NCBI GenBank assembly: GCA_012295275.1
Contig: CM022665.1
Coordinates: forward strand, 36,332,001 to 36,396,000
Direction of reading: 5' to 3'
Length of the DNA stretch: 64,000 nt
Source: Chrysomallon squamiferum
Lineage: Eukaryota > Animalia > Mollusca
The position numbers and the translations under genes are program-made. Within the stretch, counting starts at the first letter, position 1. Each line of letters begins with the position of its first letter. The notes beneath the pieces are model-generated. The model had not been told where the DNA came from. It ran no database searches and saw only the letters and a program-made list of their open reading frames with translations. Positions 44,634-55,095 of this stretch are shown here, piece by piece.

Positions 44634-45550
44634 ATAACCAGTTATTTCTTTTTTATTTCAGTCCTAAATAACCCTAAATATATATGTAATGTAAAAAAGT
44701 AATTTATTGAAATAAATATAGTTCAGGTCAATGACCGGAAATACAGAAATGTATCTAGTCATCAAATCTTGCCATTATTTATAGTGATAGCAGGATAAAG
44801 ATAGACAGATAAATAGATAGATAGATAGATAGATAGATAGACATATATATTTATTTGATTTTTATTATAAATTATTATTTAATTTCATATTCTTTAAATT
44901 GTTCCATTCATTATTTTAACTTTTAATTAAAAAAAAAAAAAAAAAAAGAGAGTAATTTATTGCTGCAATGTTAATCTGACTGATGAACAAACAAAACTGT
45001 TAAAATAAATGTGATTTGCTAATAAGTGCATCTTCCATTCATTGTGTCTTGTAAATGAAAATTTATGCACCTTCTGAGTATAATTATGTGTTTGTACCTA
45101 GTTCACTTAATACACCAGATTAACAAACAAGTGTAAGTGCCAAACATCAAGCAAGAGGGGGGAGGTATCATAAAAACATCAAAAGAAAATACAAAAACGA
45201 TCATTTGTAACTTGCAGAACTTAAGTGCCAAGCTGCAGGTATGAGAGTGAAGGTTGTAAAACAGATTTTTTTTTTTCTGTATCTTTTTTTTTTTTTTTTT
45301 TTTTTTTTTTTCTCTGACAACTTGCAGACAGAGACTTGTATACCACTGAGTTTATTCATGTGGAAAAGATTTTATGATGAATTACTGGAGGTTGGAGAAG
45401 ATAAAGTTAACAAAAAGAAACTCACTCTTGACATCTGGTCACAATTTAACTAACCTACAGGTAATTTCAGAAAACTTGGTTCTCATGTGCTTGGTTTTAG
45501 TTTTGATATATGTACGTTAAACTTTTTACATTTAATTTTTAATTTATTTA

Positions 45551-45590
<40 letters not shown>

Positions 45591-45617
45591 TCTTTTGACA
45601 TTTCTTAACATTATTGT

Positions 45618-45691
<74 letters not shown>

Positions 45692-48020
45692 ATGTTGAAT
45701 ATAGATAGAGGATCTGAAATGATGATATATACATATATATTTGTAAGGCAATACAGTTTTGTTCAGCTAAAATCAACAAAAATAACAAAAAATAAAAACA
45801 AAAAAAAACCTCAGGATTTTCTTCCACTTTAAAACTGAGAGTGTTATTGCCATGTATGCTTACTCCACAAGATATTTTAGAGGGCATTAACATTTCACTA
45901 GGATTTAATTTCAGTCGATTCCTACAGGCTTTTTTTTTTTTTTTTTTTTTTTTTTTTTCTCTTTCTCTCAACAGATGAGTGAATAACACTATCATAATGT
46001 AGCTAATTTTCATTGTATATCCTCACTGTCTGCAACACTTGTACACTTGCACAAACACCGTTTACCTGTGTCCTGCCAGATGAAGCCATATGCTACCCCG
46101 GTTGAGGAATACATAAGCTATTAGAAATGTAACAGATTATGTACAGATCTCCTGCACACTTCTTGTATTCTTTTACATTTCTTGCTGCTGGCATTACAGC
46201 ACCCATCTGGCTCACAACATCATGTAACACGTATTGGGATTCAGGTAAAGATGTAATGGCTTTGTTTTGGGGTGGGTTTTTTTTTTTTTTTTTTGGTTCC
46301 AGCTCAGAGGTGTTTTCTGCTGGGTTAAGCCTCTGTTGAGTTTTGATGAAAAATAAAAAAGCTGTGGTATGTGGTGTGCAGTTTATGGGAAAGAGTGTAA
46401 CTGTTTGTAGCTATGCAAATGAAATAAAATGTGTTATATTCTTTTCAAAAAAAGAGTCAAAATAACATTGATAAAATAATTGACTAAGATCCTGAACATT
46501 AGCCAAATATATTAAACTTTATATCCTTTCTCTTTCTTTCTTTCTCTCTCTTTCTCCTTTTTCTTTCTCTCCTACCTTATTCTTTTTTTCTTTTTTCTCT
46601 CTTTTGTTTATGTGTTTAAGCTTATGTTTTGCCAAAAAAATAAGGTACTTTTAAAACTTTAATTTAAAATTACAGTTTACATTTAATTTCTTCTTGATTG
46701 ATAAACCAGACAGGAGAAAAAAATAGTTAAAAAAATAATAATAATAATAATAAAAACACAGCACTGAAGATTTTTCCTAATTCGACTGAGTTAGAGACAT
46801 GATATAATGAGAATGCTCATGGAGCAGCTTTGCTGGCTGTCTACATATTAACTATTAATAGCTGTCTTATTAATGAAGTGTATTTGTAGATAATATTGAA
46901 CACACACAAAGACTTTTGATCTTCCCATGTGCTCTGTAAATAATTATAATTTGTCTCCTCATATACAATATACTGTATTCTTTGTCTTATAGTATACAAT
47001 ATACTGTATATTTTTTGTTATAGTTTACAATATACTGTATACTTTTTATTATAGTATAAAATATATTGTATGGTTTTTGTTACAGTATACAATATATTGT
47101 ATACTTTTTTATATTATACAATATGCTGTATACTTTGTCTTGTAGTATATAAATTACTATTTTTACTTTTTGCTTGCAGTGTACAGTATATTTTTTTTGT
47201 ATTAAATAATGTGTAGTATGCTTTCTTTTTTATATGCAATGTCCAGTACACTTAAAACAAATAATGAACACATAGAAAATAAAGACCTGTGGCTTTTACA
47301 AAAGAGTGACTGCAAATTCACATACACAAACTCAAAAACAAAATGACAGAGATACTTACATACCACACACATCACATACAGACAGAATCAAACGCTCACA
47401 GAAAAATATATAAATGCATACCTAGAACTATTCATACCTATCTATCTAACATCATACTGACATTCATATATACAGTCCGTACAAAAAATATACAAACACG
47501 TGCACCCTCCTACATACAAACGTACACACACAAAATACTATCTGCTGCCTTTAACCTAAAAATACTTCTAATATACATGATGTTTAGTAAACACACACAA
47601 GCTTGGAACCAAGGCTGGAAATAAATTTATTGGACCAGCTTTATCATAAATTGTTACCTCTTTTAATACACTTTATCTTCTCATAGCACCATATGTGTTC
47701 CAAACAGATCTGTTTAACAGTGGAGCTATTTCATTTTTCTGTTATGAAATTTCATCTTTTTATCTAGGTGCTGAGCGATACGATGACCAAGTGCTCTCCA
47801 AAAATAAAGATGCTACAAATAGTTTAATGGCTGTGATAAAAGTGCTATCTTGTTTCGGGGAGAATTGGACCTTTACAAGCAGTTTTATTATAAATGATTA
47901 ATGTTTTATAGATGTGGTTTGTAATAATTTATAGGGAGTCAAAATTTTAAAATGATGTAACTTTATTTTTTGGTGGGTTGTTTAAGCTTACTATTAATAT
48001 TATTGTTACTATTATTAGTG

Positions 48021-48060
<40 letters not shown>

Positions 48061-51000
48061 CAGGAGCAACAGCAGCAGCAGTTAAAGTAGTGTAAGTAGT
48101 AATAGTAGTAGCAGTAGTAGTAGTAGTGGTGGTGGTGGTAGCAGTAGTAATAATAATAAGTATTATAATAGTATTACTGTAATTATAATACTATTATTAT
48201 TTCCTTATTTATTTATTTTTTTAAATAACTGTCTTTTACAAAATAGCCTATGGATTTATTTAAAACTATAATACATTGTCTGTTCTGTATCTATTTTCAT
48301 AAATTTATTAAACCACACAGTATCTTTAAAATTCTTCTTTTTTTTTTCTTTTTTTTTAACGTTTGTCTTCTATTTTCATTTTAATAACCGAATGTGTTTT
48401 GAACAAACCTTCCCACAGACAAGAAGATACATACCATGAACTTTCCAGTACAAAGCAGTTAGTAGAATGTCAGTAGAAGACTGGTTAGTAGAAAAAAGGG
48501 TTAATGATGTATCGCCTGTCTACACAGCCTTGAAATGTTAACATATAAAATGCATATCCCAGATGCTTTGACTCTGTGCCAGGAATAAATTTGTTTAAAA
48601 GAAAATGAAGCAGGCTGGAAGCAGATTCAGTTTATGACAAGAACTCAGATACATTGGTAACAGAGTGGGTTTTATGACAGGTATCACTGTAAACTGGTTG
48701 AATTTTTTTTCTTTTCTTTTTCTTTTTTATTTTTTTATATTTTTTATATATAATATATATTTTTTATTTTTTTTGACAAGTGATGCAAAATGATAAAAAC
48801 ATACAAGAGTTTATTATGACAGAATGTGCTGTGTGTAAAGATAACCACAGTTGGGTTTGGACTTGCAGAGTGTGGTATAACAAACTGGGTTTATGACAAG
48901 TAATTCAAGAGTAGGTCAGGTAAACTAGACTGGGTTTCTGACCAAAAAACTGGTTTTGATGAAAAAAAAATGAAAAAAAACAGGTTGATTATGACAAATA
49001 GTACTGTGTGTTGTTTTGTTATCCACTTAGGTTTTGATGTATTATAACAAACTGTGGACAGGACAGGTATTGCAGTAATAGACTTGAGTTGTAGACTTGA
49101 GTTTGTTTCATGAGATCAGGTTTGTGAGTAGGGCAGATTTATTTTTGTTTTTTTAAGTTCCCATCTGTGACTTTATTCTTGGTTGTGAAATGTGTAAACT
49201 TACAAAGGACTGGGTTTTTAACAAATGGTACTTAATACATTTTAAAGATTATCAGAGGGAATAAGTTACACAGGTTTTTCACTGTAGATTTTTATTTGTT
49301 AGATTGTGGACTGCATAAGTCATAAGAGGGTTACTGATTACTGAATAATATTTCTATAGTAAAATACGTAACACATTGGATTAGTGAAGGATATTACTGT
49401 ATTAAGCTGTAAAAGCTGAAAAAATGTTGGATTAGTGAATGGATAGATATAGTAGTCTATGTAAGCTGGTAAAAGACTGGATTAGTGAATGGATAATTAC
49501 AGTAATCTGTCTAAGCTGGTAGAAGACTGGATTAGTGAATAGATAGTTACAGTAATCTGTGTAAGCTTTTAAATGACTGGATTAATGAATGATACTTCTG
49601 TTGTAAAGTTAGGCAGGTTTTATAATTGGATTTATTATAGGTTATCAAGCATAATTTTACTCAGACTTCTTTATATGTAGACAAAAGACAGGTAGGTAGT
49701 TTGATTACAAGGTTAAAGCTAGACAGTATTGCTTCTAACTGATACAGATTTTGTCAGGTTGAAAGTTCTTCACTCAGTAACACTTTGTATTTGATAGTTC
49801 TTTCAAAACTGGGACACATGTAAGTTGGTAACACTGGGTATCTGACAGGTATTGATGTGGTAGATGAGGTCACCTGGTAGCAGTGACTGATGATGATGTA
49901 GCAGCTGAGGTCATATGTTAGCCTGGTGTATTCATTTCAGATAATGATGATGTCAGCAAGGTAAGCAAGTATCAGAACTATAATCTGCTACACTGGGTTT
50001 TTGAGTAATCAAATACATAAAACACAGTGTGTTTTTTTTTAACTAGTAGATAAAGATCATTGTAAGTTTATGTGACAGATAATATAAAGGACTTTCTTAG
50101 CTGATTAGATAATTAGGTTGTAGCTGATTATTTTAGTAGATTATATAAGCTAGTACTTTAATGGTTAACATATAACAAAAAATAATGCTGTGATATACTG
50201 TTTAAGAAAAAAGCTGTTAATTTATTGGTTTTGACAAGTAGTTTGTATTTGGCTGTGTAAGATGGTAAATCCTTTGATTTTAACCTGAAGTATATACTTA
50301 GTGTAGTAGCTTCTGGGCTTTTTAAGGTGGAAACACATCTGACTTTTGCCATGTAATGGGGTGTGTGACATGATAGTCAAATGTTTGTTTTGTTTGGGTT
50401 TTTTTGTCATGGGCTGTGAACATAGTTTTAACAAGTAGTGTGTATTAGGCTGTGTAAGCTGGTAACACATTGGTTTTAACAAGTAGTGTGTATTAGACTG
50501 TGTATGCTGGTAACACATTGGTTTTAACAAGTAGTGTGTATTAGGCTGTGTAAGCTGGTAACACATTGGTTTTAACAAGTAGTGTGTATTAGGCTGTGTA
50601 AGCTGGTAACACATTGGTTTTAACAAGTAGTGTGTATTAGGCTGTGTAAGCTGGTAACACATTGGTTTTAACAAGTAGTGTGTATTAGACTGTGTAAGCT
50701 GGTAACACATTGGTTTTAACAAGTAGTGTGTATTAGACTGTGTAAGCTGGTAACACATTGGTTTTAACAAGTAGTGTGTATTAGACTGTGTAAGCTGGTA
50801 ACACATTGGTTTTAACAAGTAGTGTGTATTAGGCTGTGTAAGCTGGTAACATTGGTTTTAACAAGTAGTGTGTATTAGACTGTGTAACAACATTGGTTTT
50901 AACAAGTAGTGTGTGTTAGGCTGTGTAAGCTGGTAACACATTGGTTTTAACAAGTAGTGTGTATTAGACTGTGTAAGCTGGTAACACATTGGTTTTAACA

Positions 51001-51308
51001 AGTAGTGTGTATTAGACTGTGTAAGCTGGTAACACATTGGTTTTAACAAGTAGTGTGTATTAGGCTGTGTAAGCTGGTAACACATTGGTTTTAACAAGTA
51101 GTGTGTATTAGACTGTGTAAGCTGGTAACACATTGGTTTTAACAAGTAGTATGTGTTAGGCTGTGTAAGCTGGTAACACATTGGTTTTAGTGTTGTAATG
51201 GTGTTTAAACAAACTGAGTATGTGGGACATCCTGACACACAAAGATCAGGTCAGACTGCCAGGTTTGGTTTTCTGAATGAGTCCAGCATGTTACACTGTT
51301 GATTCTCT

Positions 51309-51345
<37 letters not shown>

Positions 51346-51933
51346 CATTGTAAAATCTTCAACATATGACTGTTGTTTTTGTAGGTTTTTCTTTTCTTAA
51401 CACTGTTTTGTTCATTTCATTTCCTTTTATTTTCTCTCTCTCTCTCACACACTCTCACTCTCTGTCTCTCTATCTCTCTCTCCCTCTCTGTGTGTGTATG
51501 TGAATGTGTGTATCTGTATGTCTATGTATTTGTATGTAGATATATGAGAGAATTATGCTCTTGATTTGTTACTACATTGTTAAGTTTCATCTTTGCTTTT
51601 ACTTATAAAATGTTTAAAAATGTGCATTTTACTTATTGTCTGCAATTTTTTTTTTTTTTATTATTTCTTATAGGTATTATACAGAAACATATACATATTT
51701 ATTCTCAAAATATAAACTATATTCTTTATTACTAAAGTGTACATAGACTGAAACTCATCAAGATGGCATGTTCTGTTTAAGCAAAGCCATATTCAAGTCA
51801 TGCATATGCACTCGTGGGTAATCAAATGAACAGGTGCAACACACAAAAACTTTAATGTGATTCCAAGTTTGTTTTGACCCTCATCAAATTTAGCATTCCT
51901 TATGATATATTCAGCATGAATTTTTAATTATTG

Positions 51934-51964
<31 letters not shown>

Positions 51965-52678
51965 TTTATGTAGAAAAAAAAAAAATTCAATGCAAATATA
52001 AGTTTGATGTAACTTACATCAACTTTAGAAAACACTGGAAATCCCAGTTGTGTTTACTACTCTTAGATCATAGATAACAATCAAAATTCGTATATGTATG
52101 TATGGTGTGCATGTGTGCATATGTGTATGTATGTGTGTGTTTAAAATATGTGTTACACTGGAGTATGTTTCATAAAATGTAGGATATATTGTCTTTTTTT
52201 GAATATTTTTAAGAATCAAAAAAAAAATAAGACGAAGAAAAATCCCCATAAAATCAGGGTTTTTAAAAAATTAGAAGAAAAATATTACAAATAACCTGTA
52301 GTGAAGCATAATTAAATCTACCTTTCAACCAGGGATGTTATCATGTATTAATTTAAACAGTAAATGCAAAAAAAAAAAATATTTACAATTTGGCAAATTC
52401 AGGGAATTTGTTTACTTTTTTAAAGTTAAGCTAGGTATATATGCACGTTTTCAAGGTAACTTGTCAGATCAGAGTTCTGTATGTTGCAGGTAATAAAGAT
52501 TTTTTTGGAAACATCTTTGAAATCAGATAAAAGGAATGCTGAAAAGAATCAAGATAGCGTTTCATCTGGTGCAGTGTTACTTCAACCATAATTTAAACAA
52601 TAAAAAATAAAAATAAAAATACATCTGTAAAATAGAAACAAAACAACAACAAGGAGTTATTTTCTGTATAGATATTGT

Positions 52679-52709
<31 letters not shown>

Positions 52710-53130
52710 GTTTTAGTTGGTGTTGGGAACTTTTTAATGGCATTTTCTATACAGATATTGTTGTTTTTGAATTACTTAAGGAGATGTCATTGCAGTTTTA
52801 GTGGTATTTTGTCTTTTTTATGTATTTATTATGATCTAATATACAAAATATAATAAATATTTTTGTTACAGTATGGTGTTAAACATTTAACAATTTCTAA
52901 CCATTCAATGATGCAGACCTAACAGATGAAACTTTTCACCAAAGTTTGAGTCTTTTTTTTTTCTTTCTTTCTTTTTTTTTTTCTTCTTCTTCTTCTTATT
53001 ATTTTAGATTAGATATATCAGTCTAACATATCAGTGTATATAACACGTGAGAATTTTTATTTTACAGTCACAATACCTTTTAGTTATACAAGAAAAAGAG
53101 GGAATATATATACATACACTTAAATACATG

Positions 53131-53164
<34 letters not shown>

Positions 53165-55095
53165 AACTGCCCACCTATGATATACAGTACTTTAAAAAGA
53201 ACAAAAAACAGATAAGATTAAAGATATTTTAATCAAAGTTTTATTAGAAAGACATTCAGACTGCAGACTGTATTAGATATCCACACTTGTAAAATGAGAT
53301 TCATTTTGTAACCAAACATGCCTCCCACATGTGAAAATTTGTATTCACACTGCTGTGTGTAAATTTTGTCTTTGTGAGATATGCTTATTAATCTTGTAAA
53401 GTTTTAAAAAACACTCCCTCAAATAAATAATATTAACCTTTCAAAGTCTTCAAATTAACATAAGTTTGACAAGCATTTTCTGTAGTTGTGACATCAAGAA
53501 GAGTGACTTTTTGTTAAAAGTTGTTTATTTTTCCTCTTTTTTCCTTGAGGCTGTATAAGTAATAGATTAAATTTTCAATTATTTAGCTTGAAGGTCTCTT
53601 TTACAAAGTTGTATGAGATGAAAATGATAATGTTATTGATTATAAAAACATTATTTAACTTTGTTTTCCATGTTGATTTCTGATAACAATAATGATGACA
53701 GTGAATAATAATAATAACTTAAATAATAACAATGTTGATAATAATGGCAATGGCAACAATAACAATAATAATATAAAAGAACAATAATAATAATACTAGT
53801 AATAATAATAGCAACAAAAATGATAAATAAAAACAAAATAATATTAATAATAAAATAAAAAGTATTTGTAACAATAAAAATGTTTTGAAACATAATTTAA
53901 ACCAAAATACTGTCAAATACATCCGTCAATTAATATCAAAGGTATTTTTGCTTTTTGTTTATTTTTGATTAGTTTATTTATTTAATTTTTGTGTAATATT
54001 TTTATCATATCAATTTAATGCAGATTTATGTGTAATTCTTTTTCTTTCTTATTTTTTTCTTCTTTTCTTTCCAGAAAGCCTACAACATTTGCTACTGTGG
54101 ATGTTAAAGGTAAAAAGAAACTGTTCTTTGGTTTACCGGGGAATCCAGTATCTGCCATTGTCACTTGTAACTTGTACGTGATTCCAGCAGTGTGGAAAAT
54201 GTCTGGCAGCAGCAGAACAAGAAGGACTGTTTTGAAAGCCAGAGTGAGTAAACCAAATACTAACAGAATACAAATAACTTATAAATAATTCATAAAATCC
54301 ACAAAACCAAGACAGTTGCTTGCTTTTAAAAACTTTACTAATGTTGATGTATTTTTGCAGAACACAAATTTACTACCAGGACTAAATTTATAAGTCTATG
54401 TTGTTGTTAAACTCTTCAAATGGACACAATGTTTAAATTGTTTGCTACTTCTAGAGTTAATCACTACTTTAAAATCAGTAGAAATTTTCTAAAAAGATTC
54501 TTAATTTTAAACTCTTGAAAGGTGAGTATATATAAATAAAATTCATGTTCACTAACATTTTTTTTTCTTTTTATAAGCAATTATATAATTATTACAAGCA
54601 GCAATATTGCATGGAGGCTGCCGTTTTCTTTTGTAATTCATGCACTCTTGAAATCTTTTTTTACATGGAAATGTATTTGTTAATGTTAATTTTATCTTGC
54701 ATTTTTACTTTCATTATCAATAAGTAACTCATTGCTCTGTATATTCTACTGTTTGAATCTCTATGTCCATATTTCATTATCAGTAAATAAATCATTTAGA
54801 AACTTGCTGTACGCATGTTAACAAATAAGTCTTTGTTTTATTAATATTTAAATTATTTTAACAGGTTAGTCAAGACTTGAGACTGGATCCCAGACCCGAA
54901 TACCACCGAGCTGTCCTAACATGGAACAGTGAAGATGGTATCCCAGAAGCCATCAGTACAGGAAATCAGATCAGTAGCCGTCTGCTGAGTATGAGATCTT
55001 GTAATGCTTTGCTGATGTTGCCACCACGATGTGAGGAGAAGACACAGGTGAAGAAAGGCGATGTCATCAATGCCCTTGTTATTGGAGCTCTGTAA
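115..55095 (+). CDS. GPHN: Gephyrin, canonical G+E isoform, 18 exons, 662 aa: join(115-178,759-846,1400-1457,1751-1843,2233-2327,2742-2808,3212-3322,8472-8586,9416-9547,10008-10100,13637-13692,22331-22509,24403-24556,31226-31347,31719-31806,33026-33099,54075-54243,54865-55095)
   Basis: All introns are GT-AG with matching phases, and the exons sum to 1989 nt (663 codons including the stop). Hallmark motifs: [112 protein letters not shown]. Confidence 0.96.
759..846 (+). CDS. GPHN: Gephyrin exon 2 ([29 protein letters not shown])
   Basis: Acceptor ttttcag|, VSD...DRSG motif, donor gtgaga at 847. Confidence 0.93.
1400..1457 (+). CDS. GPHN: Gephyrin exon 3 ([19 protein letters not shown])
   Basis: Polypyrimidine tract plus cag; conserved IVPDE; donor gtaaat. 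Confidence 0.93.
1751..1843 (+). CDS. GPHN: Gephyrin exon 4 ([31 protein letters not shown])
   Basis: MogA signature TTGGTG..PRD.TPE; tag| acceptor and |gtattt donor. Confidence 0.97.
2233..2327 (+). CDS. GPHN: Gephyrin exon 5 ([32 protein letters not shown])
   Basis: ATKEVIERE...MLSR matches gephyrin; tttcag| acceptor and |gtatac donor. Confidence 0.95.
2742..2808 (+). CDS. GPHN: Gephyrin exon 6 ([22 protein letters not shown])
   Basis: [17 protein letters not shown] motif; phase 2 in, phase 0 out. Confidence 0.96.
3212..3322 (+). CDS. GPHN: Gephyrin exon 7, end of G domain ([37 protein letters not shown])
   Basis: [13 protein letters not shown] motif; strong phase-0 donor CAG|GTAAGA. Confidence 0.95.
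4084..5086 (+). CDS. Non-gephyrin coding exon A in intron 7 (putative alternative penultimate exon): disordered region with a YDF motif, then the first half of a Cys-rich domain
   Basis: 1003 nt open frame in very AT-rich DNA (part of ORF 3994-5091). The acceptor ttattacag|CTG is phase 0, matching the exon 7 donor. The donor CCAG|GTTAGT is phase 1. Confidence 0.85.
5639..6288 (+). CDS. Non-gephyrin coding exon B (putative alternative terminal exon): second half of the Cys/His domain, helical module, basic NLS-like KKRRK, stop TGA
   Basis: The acceptor tgtttgtttcag|AC is phase 1 and joins exon A to read ...[18 protein letters not shown]..., continuing the Cys pattern across the intron. The frame is open to TGA at 6286-6288. 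Confidence 0.85.
6364..6487 (+). promoter_or_regulatory. Candidate polyadenylation signals for the alternative (G-domain fusion) transcript
   Basis: AATAAA at 6364-6369 and 6482-6487 shortly after the exon B stop, and another at 8126-8131. AATAAA is common in AT-rich DNA, so the site actually used is unknown. Confidence 0.4.
8472..8586 (+). CDS. GPHN: Gephyrin exon 8, His-rich linker ([38 protein letters not shown])
   Basis: tttcctttcag| acceptor (phase 0) and |gtaagt donor (phase 1). This exon is needed to bridge the phases of exon 7 (0) and exon 9 (1). Confidence 0.88.
9416..9547 (+). CDS. GPHN: Gephyrin exon 9, start of E domain ([44 protein letters not shown])
   Basis: VARR.R.SP(F/Y)P motif; donor gtaagc. 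Confidence 0.95.
10008..10100 (+). CDS. GPHN: Gephyrin exon 10 ([31 protein letters not shown])
   Basis: MoeA motif PPFPAS.KDGYAV; NAGNAG acceptor tag|aag|. Confidence 0.96.
13140..13485. repeat. Minisatellite, ~26 bp unit (ATGAATAAAAAGAAAACAGTAAGCTT), roughly a dozen partly degenerate copies
   Basis: Direct tandem repeats visible; period 26 between 13261 and 13287. Confidence 0.9.
13637..13692 (+). CDS. GPHN: Gephyrin exon 11 ([19 protein letters not shown])
   Basis: A.DG.G.R...GES.AG matches gephyrin; tttcag| acceptor and |gtaagc donor. Confidence 0.92.
15755..16135. repeat. Degenerate ~42 bp tandem repeat (ACTCAAAGTTGACAGTAA...CACTAAAATCTGTT)
   Basis: Recurring actcaaagttg and acactaaaat words at roughly 40-45 bp spacing. 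Confidence 0.7.
20415..20650. repeat. Near-perfect 113 bp tandem duplication, with more degenerate copies continuing to ~21040
   Basis: aataagatttgaatgataaagacaacaacttactatg occurs at 20441 and 20554. Confidence 0.9.
21938..22007. repeat. (CT)n microsatellite
   Basis: Direct reading. Confidence 0.97.
22331..22509 (+). CDS. GPHN: Gephyrin exon 12 ([32 protein letters not shown]...GQDIR)
   Basis: [17 protein letters not shown] MoeA motif; phases consistent. Confidence 0.96.
23752..23845. repeat. (CT)n microsatellite
   Basis: Direct reading. Confidence 0.97.
24403..24556 (+). CDS. GPHN: Gephyrin exon 13 ([32 protein letters not shown]...VMSTGNE)
   Basis: GPSE.GLLAT.G and STGNE motifs; donor gtaata. 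Confidence 0.96.
26504..26582. repeat. (GA)n microsatellite
   Basis: Direct reading. Confidence 0.97.
27770..28330. repeat. Minisatellite, 27-29 bp unit (TCATATGTTACAAGTCTTTATTATAAGTG), ~18-20 copies, degenerate at both ends
   Basis: Period 29 between 27781 and 27810; visible tandem array. Confidence 0.93.
29635..29815 (-). mobile_element. Degenerate tRNA-derived SINE with a central domain resembling the mollusc Meta/MESC type
   Basis: The minus strand reads an A-box-like gtggctcagtggttag, a decayed B-box region gggtcacaagatcaa, then ...gtgtgtgggaaggtgtatataatggatttcttgcagctaatc. This resembles the Meta-SINE core as I recall it; it was not aligned computationally. Confidence 0.6.
31226..31347 (+). 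CDS. GPHN: Gephyrin exon 14 ([40 protein letters not shown])
   Basis: GKIRD.NR and LGI..D motifs. Confidence 0.95.
31719..31806 (+). CDS. GPHN: Gephyrin exon 15 ([30 protein letters not shown])
   Basis: GGVSMG motif; donor gtaagt. Confidence 0.95.
32277..32332 (-). mobile_element. tRNA-Lys-like relic (SINE head or tRNA pseudogene fragment)
   Basis: The minus strand gaaacatcagacttaaaacttgaaggtcctaggatcattccacaggttc resembles the eukaryotic tRNA-Lys segment gagcatcagacttttaatctgagggtccagggttcaagtccctgttc. It cannot fold into a full cloverleaf. Confidence 0.35.
33026..33099 (+). CDS. GPHN: Gephyrin exon 16 ([25 protein letters not shown])
   Basis: DYLKQVL...HF.RVFMKPG; donor gtaagt, phase 2. 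Confidence 0.96.
35737..35832 (+). mobile_element. Decayed tRNA-derived SINE head, apparently the same family as 29635-29815
   Basis: gggttgtaggttagtggttgag...ggtcacaggatct...ctcggtgtcac parallels the minus-strand copy at 29.8 kb (ggttgtggctcagtggttag...ggtcacaagatca...cttggtgcac). Confidence 0.5.
40130..40620. repeat. Degenerate ~145 bp local duplications
   Basis: atactttgtgtttaagtcacta near 40160 and 40305; ttttgtttacagggatactt recurs. Confidence 0.7.
43710..43972. repeat. Degenerate ~115 bp triplication
   Basis: (agacctaaagag)aatatataaaactgaac at about 43714, 43840 and 43943. Confidence 0.65.
44557..44629. repeat. (AC)n microsatellite
   Basis: Direct reading. Confidence 0.97.
45619..45689. 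repeat. (AG)n microsatellite
   Basis: Direct reading. Confidence 0.97.
46265..46402 (+). mobile_element. SINE central-domain relic
   Basis: aaaagctgtggtatgtggtgtgcagtttatgggaaagagtgta resembles the Meta-type core ...ggccgtggtatgtgct.tcctgtctgtgggaaagtgcat (from recall). Confidence 0.35.
46960..47190. repeat. Degenerate ~30 bp tandem repeat (AGTATACAATATACTGTATACTTTTTGTTAT)
   Basis: Recurring tatacaatatactgta word. Confidence 0.8.
49370..49590. repeat. ~50 bp tandem repeat (GGATTAGTGAATGGATA...CTGTGTAAGCTGGTAAAAGACT), ~4 copies
   Basis: ggattagtgaa recurs at roughly 50 bp spacing. Confidence 0.8.
50424..51189. repeat. Homogeneous 48 bp minisatellite (GTTTTAACAAGTAGTGTGTATTAG[G/A]CTGTGTAAGCTGGTAACACATTG), ~16 copies
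   Basis: Near-identical tandem units with no unique spacers, and two internal deletions near 50850 and 50887. Confidence 0.97.
54075..54243 (+). CDS. GPHN: Gephyrin exon 17 ([44 protein letters not shown]...LKAR)
   Basis: LPGNPVS motif; long polypyrimidine tract; the phase-2 acceptor matches exon 16 across a ~21 kb intron. Confidence 0.96.
54865..55095 (+). CDS. GPHN: Gephyrin exon 18, terminal ([15 protein letters not shown]...[24 protein letters not shown]...VIGAL*)
   Basis: DPRPEYHR and GNQ.SSRL.SM motifs; stop TAA at 55093-55095. Confidence 0.96.
   Translation, partial: VSQDLRLDPRPEYHRAVLTWNSEDGIPEAISTGNQISSRLLSMRSCNALLMLPPRCEEKTQVKKGDVINALVIGAL

Noticed and set aside
50222-51238. Minus-strand ORFs of 198 and 126 aa with [11 protein letters not shown](S/P)NTHY repeats; also considered as a CRISPR-like array
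   Set aside because: This is the translation of a 48 bp (3n) minisatellite, broken by frameshifting deletions. There are no unique spacers and no cas genes, and the context is a eukaryotic intron.
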